A stretch of DNA of 64,000 nt from Antedon mediterranea (GCF_964355755.1 NC_092677.1:18436101-18500100), one strand, 5' to 3'; shown: positions 25,801 to 37,706, counted from the first letter of the stretch. Notes: generated by a model not told the origin, from the sequence alone. A program made the numbers and translations.

Positions 25801-28800
25801 CGCTACTCATGCCAGTGAGGGAAGGGTGATGATGTGGGTGGTTTAACTGCAATAATAAAGATGTGTACATAATATACGGCGAGTGAAAACGCTAGCTCAT
25901 TATCCGTTTAAACAAAATTTATATCCAAAATGGATCGAATTTCTGTTATGAGTATACAGTACTTGCCTTTACGACGCCTGAGGGAATAGACGGTTGTGGA
26001 ACAGAGATTGGAATGTTCCATTCATCGCAAATCAATACATTTGTATAAACGTATATTAAATCTATCAAAATAGTATTTTTTAAAGAAAATCGGCCTGTCT
26101 TCAACATTATGATGCTGTACTCGAGCTGTTCAACCGGTTTTCAGCCATTAAAAACAATTATCGTAGGAGGAGATAGGAAAATGCGAAGCATCCTCGTATT
26201 ATTGTTTGTGGGTATTTTTCAAGACGAACATCCATTAGACAGTGTATACCACGATCGAAAAACACCCATATTTGGGGCAAATCGTTGAACCTAAATTCGT
26301 TTTAATCGATCAATAACTAATTATCGAACTCAATTTAATTAGTAAACAGGGTTACATCAGGTGGTTAAAATCAGTACCGAAAGTACGAACCAACTTTATA
26401 TACCATCGAGTAAACATTCTAGAAATAACGGGCGATTTACCGAATTTTGCCCTTACGTAAATTTATATATAGATGTATAGTTAAAACATTGTAATGCTTG
26501 TTTCTTACAGGAATACAACCCACTGGAGGCCATGGTGGTGAGTTGAAAGTGTTTTATATACAATATGTTTTAGTTTTCACAAATACTATTATTTATTTAC
26601 TTGATAAACATAAAACTATGTTGAAATGGTTGTATTAAGCATATAATAATACTTATATTAATAATGATAAACCAATATAATACAAAATATTGTGCAAACT
26701 GAACAATATGTAAGTGTACCGACCAGAATTGTTCTACATAAAAATAGGACTTTCTATATAAAAACTGCCAAATTTCCTAAAACGACGAATTTTCTGTTTT
26801 TACGCTCTACCGTACGCATCTTTAAAAGAATAGATCATTTCGCAGTTTTAAATAATTTACTCACTTCCGTAATCAAGTTTTGTTTTATTTTTCTTCTTCT
26901 TTGTTTTTAGAAGTAGGTCATTGTTTAAACTGTAAATACATCACGTGTAAGCCAAAGCAGCCAAATCTTTCAACTCATGAAATAATTATCTTCTTTCAAA
27001 ACACTAAACTCTTCACTACCTGTTACAAAGTACATTTCTATTCAAATAATGATTCTATCTTCTTGAATCGTTGTCAAACTCTAAGCTAGGAAGGTAGTCC
27101 ATTAAAAAGGCAGCACTCCTATTTTGAAATCGAAATAGTACCATGGATATTTTGAATGCGAAAGAGTTAAAAAGCTGCACGGGCACTATGACTATGAATT
27201 AATGAGGTATAAATTAAAAAAATGTATACCTTCATGACTAATCTGAAATCATATGTATATCCCTAATATGTCTACATTGTTAAAATATTGTTCTCTGTAA
27301 AGTTGTCCTTGATTCTCAACCGCAAAACAATGAAGCCAAAATGTTTTATAAAATATCCAAGCACCACAATAATCTAAATCAAGATACATAGGCCTACAAT
27401 ACAAGATCAAAGGAATTATTAAAATTGGATAAACCCAAAACAGAATTTAAAACTAAAGTTTTTGATATCGTGGTAGATTATGGAATACTGTAGAAAACCC
27501 AATGCAAAGTGCCAAAAATACTTAAACAAAACTTTGCATGTAACTTTATTTTGTACCCCTAAATATAATGAAGGTTTCTGTTTATTTAGGCCTATGTTTT
27601 TCTCTCTCTTTTATTTTTAAATTAGTAATGTATTAAGTTGATCATGGCCTTGTTGTAGAACACTTTTCCGTGTTAAAATAAAATGATTTATTATTATTCT
27701 ATTATTATATGGAAAAGAGGTCATATATATTTAGAACGATTAATTAATCTTCCCCAACTATGACAAATGTGATGGCAAATGCCGTATAAACAATTATGCC
27801 CCATCGTTCACGTAAAGTTATCATGTATACTTTTTCAGCTCATGAAAGAAATCGTCGGGATAAATGTGAGTAGCTCCTGTACATATTGTAGTTAATAGGC
27901 CTACCTTTGATATATTACGTCTGTGCTGAAATAATATTTCAAATATATGTTTTTTGTTATTGATTATATAGGCCTATGTTCATTGAATTTGTATCGGTTA
28001 CTATTTGTATTTAACCTTCTGTTTTGAAATAAAATAAATATTTTCACTGAAAATGCAATAGGCCTACATACGGACACTTTAAAATAAAGTAAATGCTTTG
28101 GGTCGATAGCTATGGCAATGTTTTGGTCAATATAATAAAATTAACTAAAATACAAAGAGGACGTATCGTATCTTTATAATTTTACATACATATCGTAAAT
28201 GTACACCGATACACTACGTAATCAATTAGGTGGGGGCACATAGGCTACGTACAGCATACATTTTGCATACCTTGATTTACTGAATTTCAGATCGCTGTAA
28301 CTAAAACGTGTTACAAGGCTTAAACAAGATTAGGCCTATAACCTAACAAATTTGGGCTGTTCAAAATGTTAATTATTTGTTGTTCTACGCTTTGTAGCAC
28401 TAGTACCTCCTGCCGTAACTGGAATAAATGTTGAAAGTGGTGAGTCAACTATCCATAACTTACACTTATTTTAAACAGTAACAGGCTGATAGACAAGAAA
28501 CAATAATTATATTTTATTGCCTATGATAAAATAGGCAATAGCGTTATAGCCTACGTATTACATTTTAAAACAAGTTTAGCATAGTAACAGTACTATATTA
28601 CATTACATTATGTAAGTGCCATAAGTTATCATTTGTTTTTTTACTGTATTTCAGGTCATGACAGAATCCGCCGGGAAGAACGTGAGTAACTGTAAAAAGT
28701 TGATAAAACATTTATTTAAACAAGACTTATAATAAATCTAATATATTTTTATTATCTTAACATTTAACTTTCGATCACATCACTTTTTTTTTTTTATTAT

Positions 28801-31800
28801 TTATTTTATTTTATTTTATTAATAATTTTGTATAGTAATATCATAATCAACACATATTAACTTTCTTGCTAATTGTTTTGGTATAGATAATTAAATGCAT
28901 AAAACTCAATGAACTGAAATAGGCCTACGTATTGAGACCAACATCTACGTATCGTACTTTATACATTCAACATTATCGTAAAACTAAACGTTGATAACAT
29001 TGTTTAAACAAGATTATAACATAACAAATGTGTACAGTCTGTTCAAAATGTTAATTATTTGTTCTACGGTTTGTATTATTAGAACCTCCTGGCCCAAGTG
29101 GTAGAATAAACGTCGAAAGTGGTGAGTCAAATAACCATAACTTACACTTACACAATTCAAAAAGAAAGAGAAGAAACAATAATTATATTTCACTGCCTTT
29201 GATTTAGGAATAAAATATGCAAACGTATTACATTTTGAAACAAAGTTTAGCATCGTAAACAGTACTATTACATTATGTAAGTTCAATAATTTATTATTTA
29301 TTTAATGTATTTCAGGTCATGACAGAATCCGCCGGGAAGAACGTGAGTAACTGTAACACATAACACATAACTTAATCTATTTTTATTATCATAAAACTTA
29401 ACTTTCGATCACAACACTAAAATGTACCTTCATCGAAATGTTTATGTGCTAGCTGCTGTAGTTCTTCTTTGTGATTCAAAGTTTAATTGTATAATATTAT
29501 CATAACCAACACAGATAAACTTGATTTCGAATACATTTTCAAATAATTAATACATAGGCTAAAAATCGAAACGATTTAAAATAACAAGTAAAAATTGAAA
29601 AAATAAATAGTCAACCGAAATAAAGGAATACTGGATTAATATTTTCCTTCTACTATTTGTATTAAGTACAGCTCACTATGTCGGTCGGTTGGTCGGTCGG
29701 TCAAATAACTGAAACATGAGCACGCGACTGCAGCCATGTATATGTCCGTGTTATATTCATCATATCGTAAATATACACCCACACACTACTAAATCAATGA
29801 GGCGGTACAGTAACACACGTACAGCAACAATTGTTCATACCTTGATTTACTGAATGTCAGTACACCATCTCACCTAGTAAGCTGTATTGTAAAGGTCGTT
29901 GATCTAAATGTTAGTAAAGCGATCGCATATTCGGTGTAAGAACAGACAGAACAAAACATTTTGTGGTTGATAATATAAAATCAAATGCATTTACTCTTAA
30001 CACTTGTGTCCCACAGAGATGTGTTCTGTCCCCCTTTTTATTTACTTTATACTCATATGATTGTAAAGCAACTAGCGATTGTCACATTTTTAAATTCGCT
30101 GATGATGGGCTGATGATACAACCATAGTAGGTCTAATTACAAAAATGACGAAAATAACTATTTTAAACAGGCCGAGAGAATGATCTTGTGTTGAATGTAA
30201 ATAAAACAAAAAGAAATGCATATTTTTTTTCAGACGTCAGCAAAATTAAAAGTTCCCACTAATCCAAGGCAAAGAAGTTGAAATTGTTACAAGTTCTTAT
30301 GTATTCACTTTGCCGATGTTGACAAATGTTTCAAAAAAGGATCTCAACGTATTTTCTTTCTTAGAAGGATCAGGCAATTTGGTATTAGATCAGAGGTACA
30401 TTAATAATAATAATAACAGACTATCGATCAATAGTTGAAAGTATTCTTACTTTATCCTTTATGGCTGTTCCAATGAAGATAAAGAATAATAAAAGTTACA
30501 CAAGGTTGTTAGAAGTGCATAAAAAGTCATAGCCATACCCAAACGTTCTATTGGTACTTTGTACGCTGAACGTTTGCTCAAAAAGGCAAATTGATGATCA
30601 TAAATGATCCATACTATCCTGACATTTCCAAATTATGTCTCACAGTCACATATTTAGATCGATACTTGTAAAAACTAATTTCTGCAATCAGCAATCCGTT
30701 CAATTAATGATACATGTTTACGTTTAAGTGTTGTACTTCCCTGAAACCTTGAAATACCGGAATGGTGTCCGGCGGCGGGGTTTAGTTTTGACCAACCCCG
30801 AAACCTTGAAATACCGGAATGGTGTTCGGTGGGGTTTAGTTTTGACCAACCCCGAAACCTTGAAATACCGGAATGGTGTTCGGCGGGGTTTAGTTTTGAC
30901 CAACCCCGAAACCTTGAAATACCGGAATGGTGTCCGGCGGCGGGGTTTAGTTTTGACCAACCCCGAAACTTTGAAATACCGGAATGGTGTCCGACGACGG
31001 GGTTTAGTTTTGACCAACCCCGAAACCTTGGAATACCGGAATGGTGTCCGGCGGCGGGGTTTAGTTTTGACCAACCCCGAAACCTTGAAATACCGGAATG
31101 GTGTTCGGCGGCGGGGTTTAGTTTTGACCAACCCCGAAACCTTGAAATACCGGAATGGTGTCCGGCGGCGGGGTTTAGTTTTGACCAACCACGAAACCTT
31201 GAAATACCGTAATGGTGTTCGGCGGGGTTTAGTTTTGACCAACCCCGAAACCTTGAAATACCGGAATGGTGTTCGGTGGGGTTTAGTTTTGACCAACCCC
31301 GAAACCTTGAAATACCGGAATGGTGTTCGGCGGGGTTTAGTTTTGACCAACCCCGAAACCTTGAAATACCGGAATGGTGTCCGGCGGCGGGGTTTAGTTT
31401 TGACCAACCCCGAAACTTTGAAATACCGGAATGGTGTCCGACGACGGGGTTTAGTTTTGACCAACCCCGAAACCTTGGAATACCGGAATGGTGTCCGGCG
31501 GCGGGGTTTAGTTTTGACCAACCCCGAAACCTTGAAATACCGGAATGGTGTTCGGCGGCGGGGTTTAGTTTTGACCAACCCCGAAACCTTGAAATACCGG
31601 AATGGTGTCCGGCGGCGGGGTTTAGTTTTGACCAACCACGAAACCTTGAAATACCGTAATGGTGTTCGGCGGGGTTTAGTTTTGACCAACCCCGAAACCT
31701 TGAAATACCGGAATGGTGTCCGGTGGCGGGGTTTAGTTTTGACCAATCCCAAAACCTTGAGATACCGGAATGGTGTCCGGCGGCGGGGTTTAGTTTTGAC

Positions 31801-34800
31801 CAACCCTGAAACCTTGAAATACCGGAATGGTGTTCGGCGGGGTTTAGTTTTGACCAACCCCGAAACCTTGAAATACCGGAATGGTGTCCGGCGGCGGGGT
31901 TTAGTTTTGACCAACCAAGCAACCTTGAAATACCGGAATGGTGTCCGGCGGCGGGGTTTAGTTTTGACCAATCCCGAAACCTTGAAATACCGGAATGGTG
32001 TTCGGCGGGGTTTAGTTTTGACCAACCCCGAAACCTTGAAATACCGGAATGGTGTCCGGCGGCGGGGTTTAGTTTTGACCAACCCTGAAACCTTGAAATA
32101 CCGGAATGGTGTTCGGCGGGGTTTAGTTTTGACAACCCGGAAACCTTGAAATACCGGAATGGTGTCCGGCGGCGGGGTTTGGTTTTGACCAACCCCGAAA
32201 CCTTGAAATACCGGAATGGTGTCCGGCGGCGGAGTTTAGTTTTGACCAACCTTGAAATACCGGAAGGGTGTCCGGCGGCGGAGTTTAGTTTTGACCAACC
32301 CCGAAACCTTGAAATACCGGAATGGTGCCCGGCGGGGTTTAGTTTTGACCACGTAGTTGAAGTTCTATTTTTTTGCTGTAGCCGGGAAGCGATTTTTTTT
32401 TTTCGTACATAAGTTGGGGACCCCCTCATGAAACGTCACAAAATAAACATGAATAATTCATCAGTTAAATTTGTTGTTCCGTGTGCACCCAAGCGTATAG
32501 CAACAAGAAGCGATTACACAACTGCAATACGATACTTTCTACAACAGTAGGCCTAGGATTCTAAGTCAATTCACGCGATTGCCTTCGCGCACTCTTCTTC
32601 ACACAAAATGTGTCGAGTCGAGGCTAATCGACAGCTAGGCAAGACATTAAACTAAGTAGTAATTCATTGGACATAGCCCAAAGAAAGCTTAGACCCACAA
32701 GAATAAAGAATGTGTATAATTTGTGTACTGTATTTTTTTTAATTCTGCTATTTTATTATCAAACAATGCATGTACTCAAAGGAACTTTAAAAATGCGCGT
32801 ATATGAACACATGAGATGGGAAGATTAGACCCACTAGAATCGTACCGCACTTGTGTAATCATTTCTTGTTGCTATACGCTTGGGTGCAAACGGAACAAGA
32901 ACATTTAACTGATGAATTATTCATGTTTATTTTGTGACGTTTCATGAGGGGGTCCCCAACTTATGTACAAAAAAAAAAATCGCTACCGGGATGCGGGATA
33001 TCTTGACGCCATATCTACAATGTCCCTCTCATATTGGTCTAACTCCTCTCTACGTTGCGGATAAGCTCCGCACAATATATTTTTATAAATACCAAAGGCA
33101 TATATGAACTCCCCGATATTTAGCCTTTTGTTTAACCTTATATCTTTAGTGTGGGCATTTGCACCATCCTTGTTGTTGGATTCGATGGATAGACCAGAGT
33201 AATACGGAATCATTATTGATGCTAAAATAACATCCCTACCTGAAATGATCTGTTGCCGGATTGCCGGAGAGATTGTTTCCACTAAAGCCCCTTTCTCACA
33301 GATGTGCCTGCAATATACCGGTACAGTGCTGGCGTCGTGCCGGTATCGTTACCGGCATATAACCATTCTCATCGGACTATCGTGCCGGAAATATAACCGG
33401 TATATACCGGCTTTCTGTGAGAAAGCAGTCGGGCATATTCGGCCAATAAAAAGTCTCTGACAAAATAATTATTGAGGGCGTCCTTTAAACTGATTCCCAG
33501 TTTTGCTAAGACGTGTGCGTCTATTAATATGGACATTGACTCAATTTTCGAAACTTCCTACCTTGGCAATGACCCTGATAGTCATTGGGTTAAGAGATTT
33601 AAAGAGTTGATGCATGACACAAACATTGCATTTTGGAAAAGTGAAATGCTAAGAAAATCGTCACTTCAGACATACTCTCTTATTAAGTCTAATCCCTGCC
33701 TTGAAAAATATTTATTGGATTGTACAGACTTTCTAGGATCTAGCCTCAAATTCAAACTACGTTCTAACACCCTTCCTTTAGGTCACAGGAGTTGTAAGTG
33801 GCTTCCTGAATATGATGGTATCTGTAAAATGTGTAAGAATGGTTTAGAAGACATTCAACATTTTCTATTCACATGTAACCAACTCAATGGCATAAGGATT
33901 GAAGAATATACCAAATTAGAATATATGTTAATCGATATCAATCATTTAGATGTATGGGAAAATTGTATCTCTGGTGACCTGAACACCAAATTAAATCTTG
34001 TATTAGGTGGAACTGATAACTACTATCATTATATGTATGACGTCGATTCCATATCAAATATCTTTGATTGTTACTGTAAGCACTATGTTAAAAGAGCTTG
34101 GGCACACAGATGTATTGTTCTAGGCGAGTAATGTTCATATCAATCAAACTAAATGATTGATATCTATCTCACTAAATGATTGATATCTATCTCATTATAG
34201 TGTTAGGTCTACATTGTTGTTGCCCAATTCATTTTATATTGTACAGTTCCTACCTAGTATTCTATATGTTTATTTCTTGTAATTTTGTATTTTTAGGTGT
34301 CAGTTCAATGGTATTGTAGTTACTGTAGTTGAATTGTTTTGACATGTTGACCTATGTCGACTTTTTATTGTAATTGTTATTTTCTATATCATGTTTTTTT
34401 TTTTTTGTATATTTCTCTTGGATGCACCTTCCATTTGGTCGAGTGCCACTGTTGTAAAAGTGTAATCTCCAAATAAATTATTAATGTTATTATTTTTGTC
34501 TAGCGATGATATGGCGGCGAATGTCAAGTTACAGATTATTATCTTCCTTTATAGCATATTTATGCAATACATGCTATGTACAGTATATTGTGCATATATT
34601 ATACAGGCATAGCAATTAATTTGTCGTCATCGGCAATCTGTAAAACACCTTAGAAGGCTGTAGGCCTACAATTTACAAGGCGATGAAAGGTCAGGCACCA
34701 ACAAACAAAGAGCTAAATGGCCTAGCCTAGCGGCCTATAGATTATGCTACAAATTTCTTCTTGTCCCCTTATTTTAAGCAGCTCTCTTATCTCATTATCC

Positions 34801-37706
34801 CTCCAGTTCGACATTATTATTGTTAATTGAATTGAATAGGCGCCAAAGTGATACACTTGACCGCGCAATGTGTCAAAGCCTCGACGGGGAACCCCGGAAT
34901 TTAACGGCGATACGTTCTCACAGAATGCCCGTCTGGCATTGCGGGGAATATCCCTAGAATATTACTAGGTCTAAAGCAGGTCATGTCGATGCCGGCATGG
35001 TGCCGGCATGATGCCAAGACGACCCGTTCTCACAGAAAACCATACCGGCATGGTAATGGTATATTCCCGCAATATTCCTGGCACACAACTCTGTGAGAAA
35101 GGGGCTTAATAGACAAGTTCTATTTCCTCTGAAATATGGTGTAAGAAGCATTTTTGGGTAGAAGCTGGGATCCACTTGATTTAGGATATTTCGACCTCGC
35201 TGATTACGAATATGGCGGATCCCAAGCGAAATTCGGCCATCTAAGCCCTTAATTTGCATAATTAAAAATGGCGGCCATTTTTTATAATTACCCTATATCT
35301 CGAGAACCACTAGTCACAGATAATTAATTTTGGTCTCAAAATGTTTTAAATATATGTTTTTATATTCACTTTAATGACACATTTTCTCAAAAAATGGATG
35401 CAAGTCTTATTTCTGACATTTTGACCTTTGACCTTTATTTATCGTATCTCAGTAACCAATAATCGGAGAGACACGAAATAGGGCTCAAATTGTTCAGAAA
35501 CTATACATTCATATTTATTATAATGAAATGTTTTTACAAAAAATGGCCAATTCTACAACTATTGACCTTTGAACTATTAGTCAAATATAATAATATAATG
35601 ATAATATAACTTTGAAAATTGTGGTCTTATGAATTTTTTTTTCTTTTTAAATTGTTTAAAATATGTGTGTTTCTATCCAGTCTAATGGCACATTTTGTAC
35701 AAGAATGGCCGATAGTATGGTTATTGACCTTTAAACTACAGCATAGGCCTACTGTATACTAAATATAATATAATTGCATAACTATGAAATTATTTATACA
35801 CAATAATAATTAGTAAAATTATAAAATTCACTGCCATCAAATATGATGTGTTATGATTTATATAGATTAAAAAAAAAATTTGAACACGCAAGTTACATTT
35901 GTTGAAATTTGAAATTTGAAATCAAGACTAAAAAACATGAATTTTCCTTAATATGGTCAAATACAAAATTTGGCAAAATTCTTCCATAAAAACCAGGAAG
36001 GCTTTTTTTCAGTAGTTAGGTAGTAAACCTAATGTAATAACATTGAAAAAAGATGGTGGATATACAGTGGATAATTTTTTTGCTATAGCATGAAAATAAT
36101 TATTTTCAACAAGCTCGTGTAACACAAATTAAATGCCAAAAATTATGAAACATAGGGGAAACTATAGATCGATAATTATTGGAATGTATGATCAATAGAA
36201 ATTTTTTGCCCGCACCTGGCCTTTAAGGTGAAAATTCGAGCCAACAACAACAAGTTTACGTACTGTAATTAATAGGTAAATTAATTGTATTACATTTCGT
36301 CTGGAAAATCGTCGCTAGCGAAAGTAAACAATAAGATTTCAAACCACGAGTATGCATTATGCATGATGCTAATTAGGATTTAGAAGGACTATAGTGACCT
36401 CACACAAGGTTACCGTACTAATAAATTAAACGTAAAAGACTAGGCGACATATTAATAAAAACAGGTGTCCCTATCAAATAGATCAGATTCACTCGACACG
36501 GCCCTCCAAGCATATAACGCTCCTGCGAACAACAATATATACCTCAAGGATGTTAAAAAAAACAAATATGTAAGTTACTTACCGGTAATTCTACATTCAT
36601 TAACCATTATCAAATAATATTCCATATAAAATCATTTATGCTTTAATCATCTCTATTCTATTCTTCAGATACCAATCCATGTGACTCAGTTGATTGTAAA
36701 AATGGTGGAAATTGTTACATTAATTCTTATTACCAAGTTTATTGCGCGTGTCAAGATTGTTATTCTGGAACATACTGTGAAAAATGTAAGTTTGTTGAAT
36801 TTTGAATTCAAAATTATTTACTGCAATTACTTAAGTTATTTGAATTATAATTAACAATTTATACCCATTTTTGTTACAGATAATGATCCTTGTAATGATG
36901 ATAGTAATCCATGTCAAAACTCTGGTCTCTGTATTTCTGAGGGTTGTAATTTTTGGTGTAAATGTCCAGCATGCTATACTGGTGACAGTTGTGAATATTG
37001 TAAGAATCCTACCCACATACATACAACGTTCTTATATTAATTATAATTTTACAATTAAAATACATTTTTCTTATAAAATAATAATTAATCATTTCAGCAT
37101 TATTTTCAAATCATTTTGAAAGGTCTTACTTTCCATCCTCCTATCTGTTGTAATTGTAATTTTAATTGTGTTTGTATGAATTTATTTCACTAAATTTTAA
37201 TAAATTATTTTCTGCTTAGACATTAACCCTTGTGAAGATGTGAATTGTAATGGCGGGCAATGTGTAGTTATTTCAAACATCAGTCAGTGCACATATGAAT
37301 GTACCAACTGTCCATATGGCTATACTGGAAACAATTGTGAAACTCGTAAGTACAGTATTCAATTACTTGTTAAAGCATGCCATTTGGTTATAAATTCCCT
37401 ACAGGTGTTGGTGCCGTCGTGGAACTACTGGCAATAGATGTCAATGTAAGTATGAACACGGATTACAAAATGTATGTGTTTATGCGTTTGTTACCTAATT
37501 AACAATGCCTCTCGGAGTACAGTGATTTATTTGTTACTAACTAATTAACATGCCTCTCGGTCTACAGTGATTTATTTGTTACTAACAAGACTCCTATGTC
37601 ATAATTAACAATGCCTCTCGGAGTACAGTGATTTATTTGATAAGACTAACATTTTACAATTTTACTTGCAGATACTTCTGGTTACTACGCCCCATACGGA
37701 GGATAA
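22878..37706 (+). CDS. Secreted precursor: signal peptide, micro-exon peptide repeats with convertase sites, 3 EGF-like domains. Exons 22878-22938, 24887-24922, 26511-26537, 27839-27865, 28398-28439, 28655-28681, 29083-29121, 29316-29342, 36669-36785, 36880-36999, 37220-37345, 37672-37706
   Basis: Every exon has a pyrimidine-AG acceptor and all but the last a GTAAG/GTGAG donor; all introns are phase 1 and all internal exon lengths are multiples of 3. Joined frame: MQTLVVVFLAVFFFNGGCGEEITFPGGFGGGRRIQPTGGHGAHERNRRDKSLVPPAVTGINVESGHDRIRREEQPPGPSGRINVESGHDRIRREEHTNPCDSVDCKNGGNC...CETHTSGYYAPYGG*. The splice from 29342 to 36669 is inferred. Confidence 0.72.
23080..23512 (+). mobile_element. Helitron 5' fragment of the same family
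   Basis: TATATAAATTTACGTAAGG..AAATCGCGCGTTATTTCTAGAATGTTTACTCGATGG is the reverse complement of the end at 26400-26470. Confidence 0.75.
23760..24480 (+). mobile_element. Degenerate CR1-group LINE 3' fragment
   Basis: Remnants KLNPNKCKSM, SNLSWDNQV, VVLHLYKTLV, LESV*RKATCMI and RRKELGLMSVENRR. Confidence 0.65.
25052..26473 (-). mobile_element. Complete non-autonomous Helitron in intron 2 of the micro-exon gene
   Basis: 5'-TC...hairpin-CTAG-3' on the minus strand; the paralogous intron at 41467-41490 shows the empty site TTTTATACA|TGTATAGTTAAAAC with no TSD. Confidence 0.95.
27800..29860 (+). repeat. Tandem duplication of a two-micro-exon module with its introns, about 2.5 units of 650-800 bp
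   Basis: Exons 28655-28681 and 29316-29342 are identical and 27839-27865 is related; 28398-28439 resembles 29083-29121; flanking intron sequences are also similar. Confidence 0.85.
29930..30737 (+). mobile_element. Degenerate Rex1/Babar-like LINE body (RT 3' half); probable 3' tail displaced to 40070-40140
   Basis: Remnants CVPQRCVLSP, FKFADD, LNVNKTK and SQRIFFLRRIRQFG. A tail with AATAAA and CTTGA repeats follows the composite block. Confidence 0.7.
30738..32350. repeat. GC-rich minisatellite, 57/54-bp unit, about 29 copies, with a 447-bp higher-order duplication
   Basis: Unit CCCGAAACCTTGAAATACCGGAATGGTGT(C/T)CGG(CGG)CGGGGTTTAGTTTTGACCAAC. Identical ORF-track peptides at 30829 and 31276 mark the 447-bp repeat. 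Confidence 0.97.
32389..32983. mobile_element. MULE-type MITE, copy 1 (about 595 bp, about 135-bp TIRs)
   Basis: GCGATTTTTTTTTTTCGTACATAAGTTGGGGACCCCCTCATG...CATGAGGGGGTCCCCAACTTATGTAC(A)nTCGC; nearly identical to 39467-40060 and in the same orientation. Confidence 0.92.
32984..33282 (-). pseudogene. DIRS/Ngaro-type retrotransposon Gag-like fragment
   Basis: ETISPAIRQQIISGRDVILAS...DIRLNKRLNIGEFIYAFGIYKNILCGAYPQRREELDQYERDIVDMASRY resembles ORF1 of tyrosine-recombinase retrotransposons; bounded by other elements on both sides. Confidence 0.65.
33286..35106. mobile_element. PIF/Harbinger-like non-autonomous element with a nested LINE fragment
   Basis: TIR AGCCCCTTTCTCACAG...CTGTGAGAAAGGGGCT; TSD TAA at 33283-33285 and 35107-35109; subterminal CCGG-rich motifs. 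Confidence 0.85.
33472..34492 (+). mobile_element. 5'-truncated non-LTR retrotransposon 3' end (RTEX/CR1-group-like; ORF remnant 33472-34131)
   Basis: SSLQTYSLIK..LEKYL..KFKLRSNTLPL..CKMC..EDIQHFLFTC zinc-knuckle C-terminus; 3' UTR ending in AATAAA and an ATT-rich tail. Confidence 0.75.
36669..37345 (+). CDS. Three phase 1-1 EGF-like domain exons (36669-36785, 36880-36999, 37220-37345)
   Basis: NPCDSVDCKNGGNCYINSYYQVYCACQDCYSGTYCEK; DPCNDDSNPCQNSGLCISEGCNFWCKCPACYTGDSCEY; NPCEDVNCNGGQCVVISNISQCTYECTNCPYGYTGNNCET. Canonical AG/GTAAG boundaries, no stops. Confidence 0.92.
37497..37640. repeat. Short intronic tandem repeat, 3 copies
   Basis: AATTAACA(A)TGCCTCTCGG(AG/TC)TACAGTGATTTATTTG three times. 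Confidence 0.85.

Noticed and set aside
30776-30790. GGGGTTTAG telomere-like motif in the minisatellite unit
   Set aside because: It occurs once per unit and is not a tandem TTAGGG tract.
30738-32350. CRISPR-like regular array
   Set aside because: Units are contiguous and near-identical with no unique spacers, there are no cas genes, and the context is eukaryotic.
30675-32429. Long repetitive ORFs (584, 452, 473 and 127 aa) on both strands
   Set aside because: They result from a 54/57-bp minisatellite that lacks stops in several frames; the longest begins inside a MITE TIR, and no domain or splice support is seen.
35110-35259. Continuation of the DIRS Gag-like frame beyond the Harbinger element
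   Set aside because: The rejoined translation (PYFRGNRTCLLVET) does not clearly resemble the family, so continuity is not supported.
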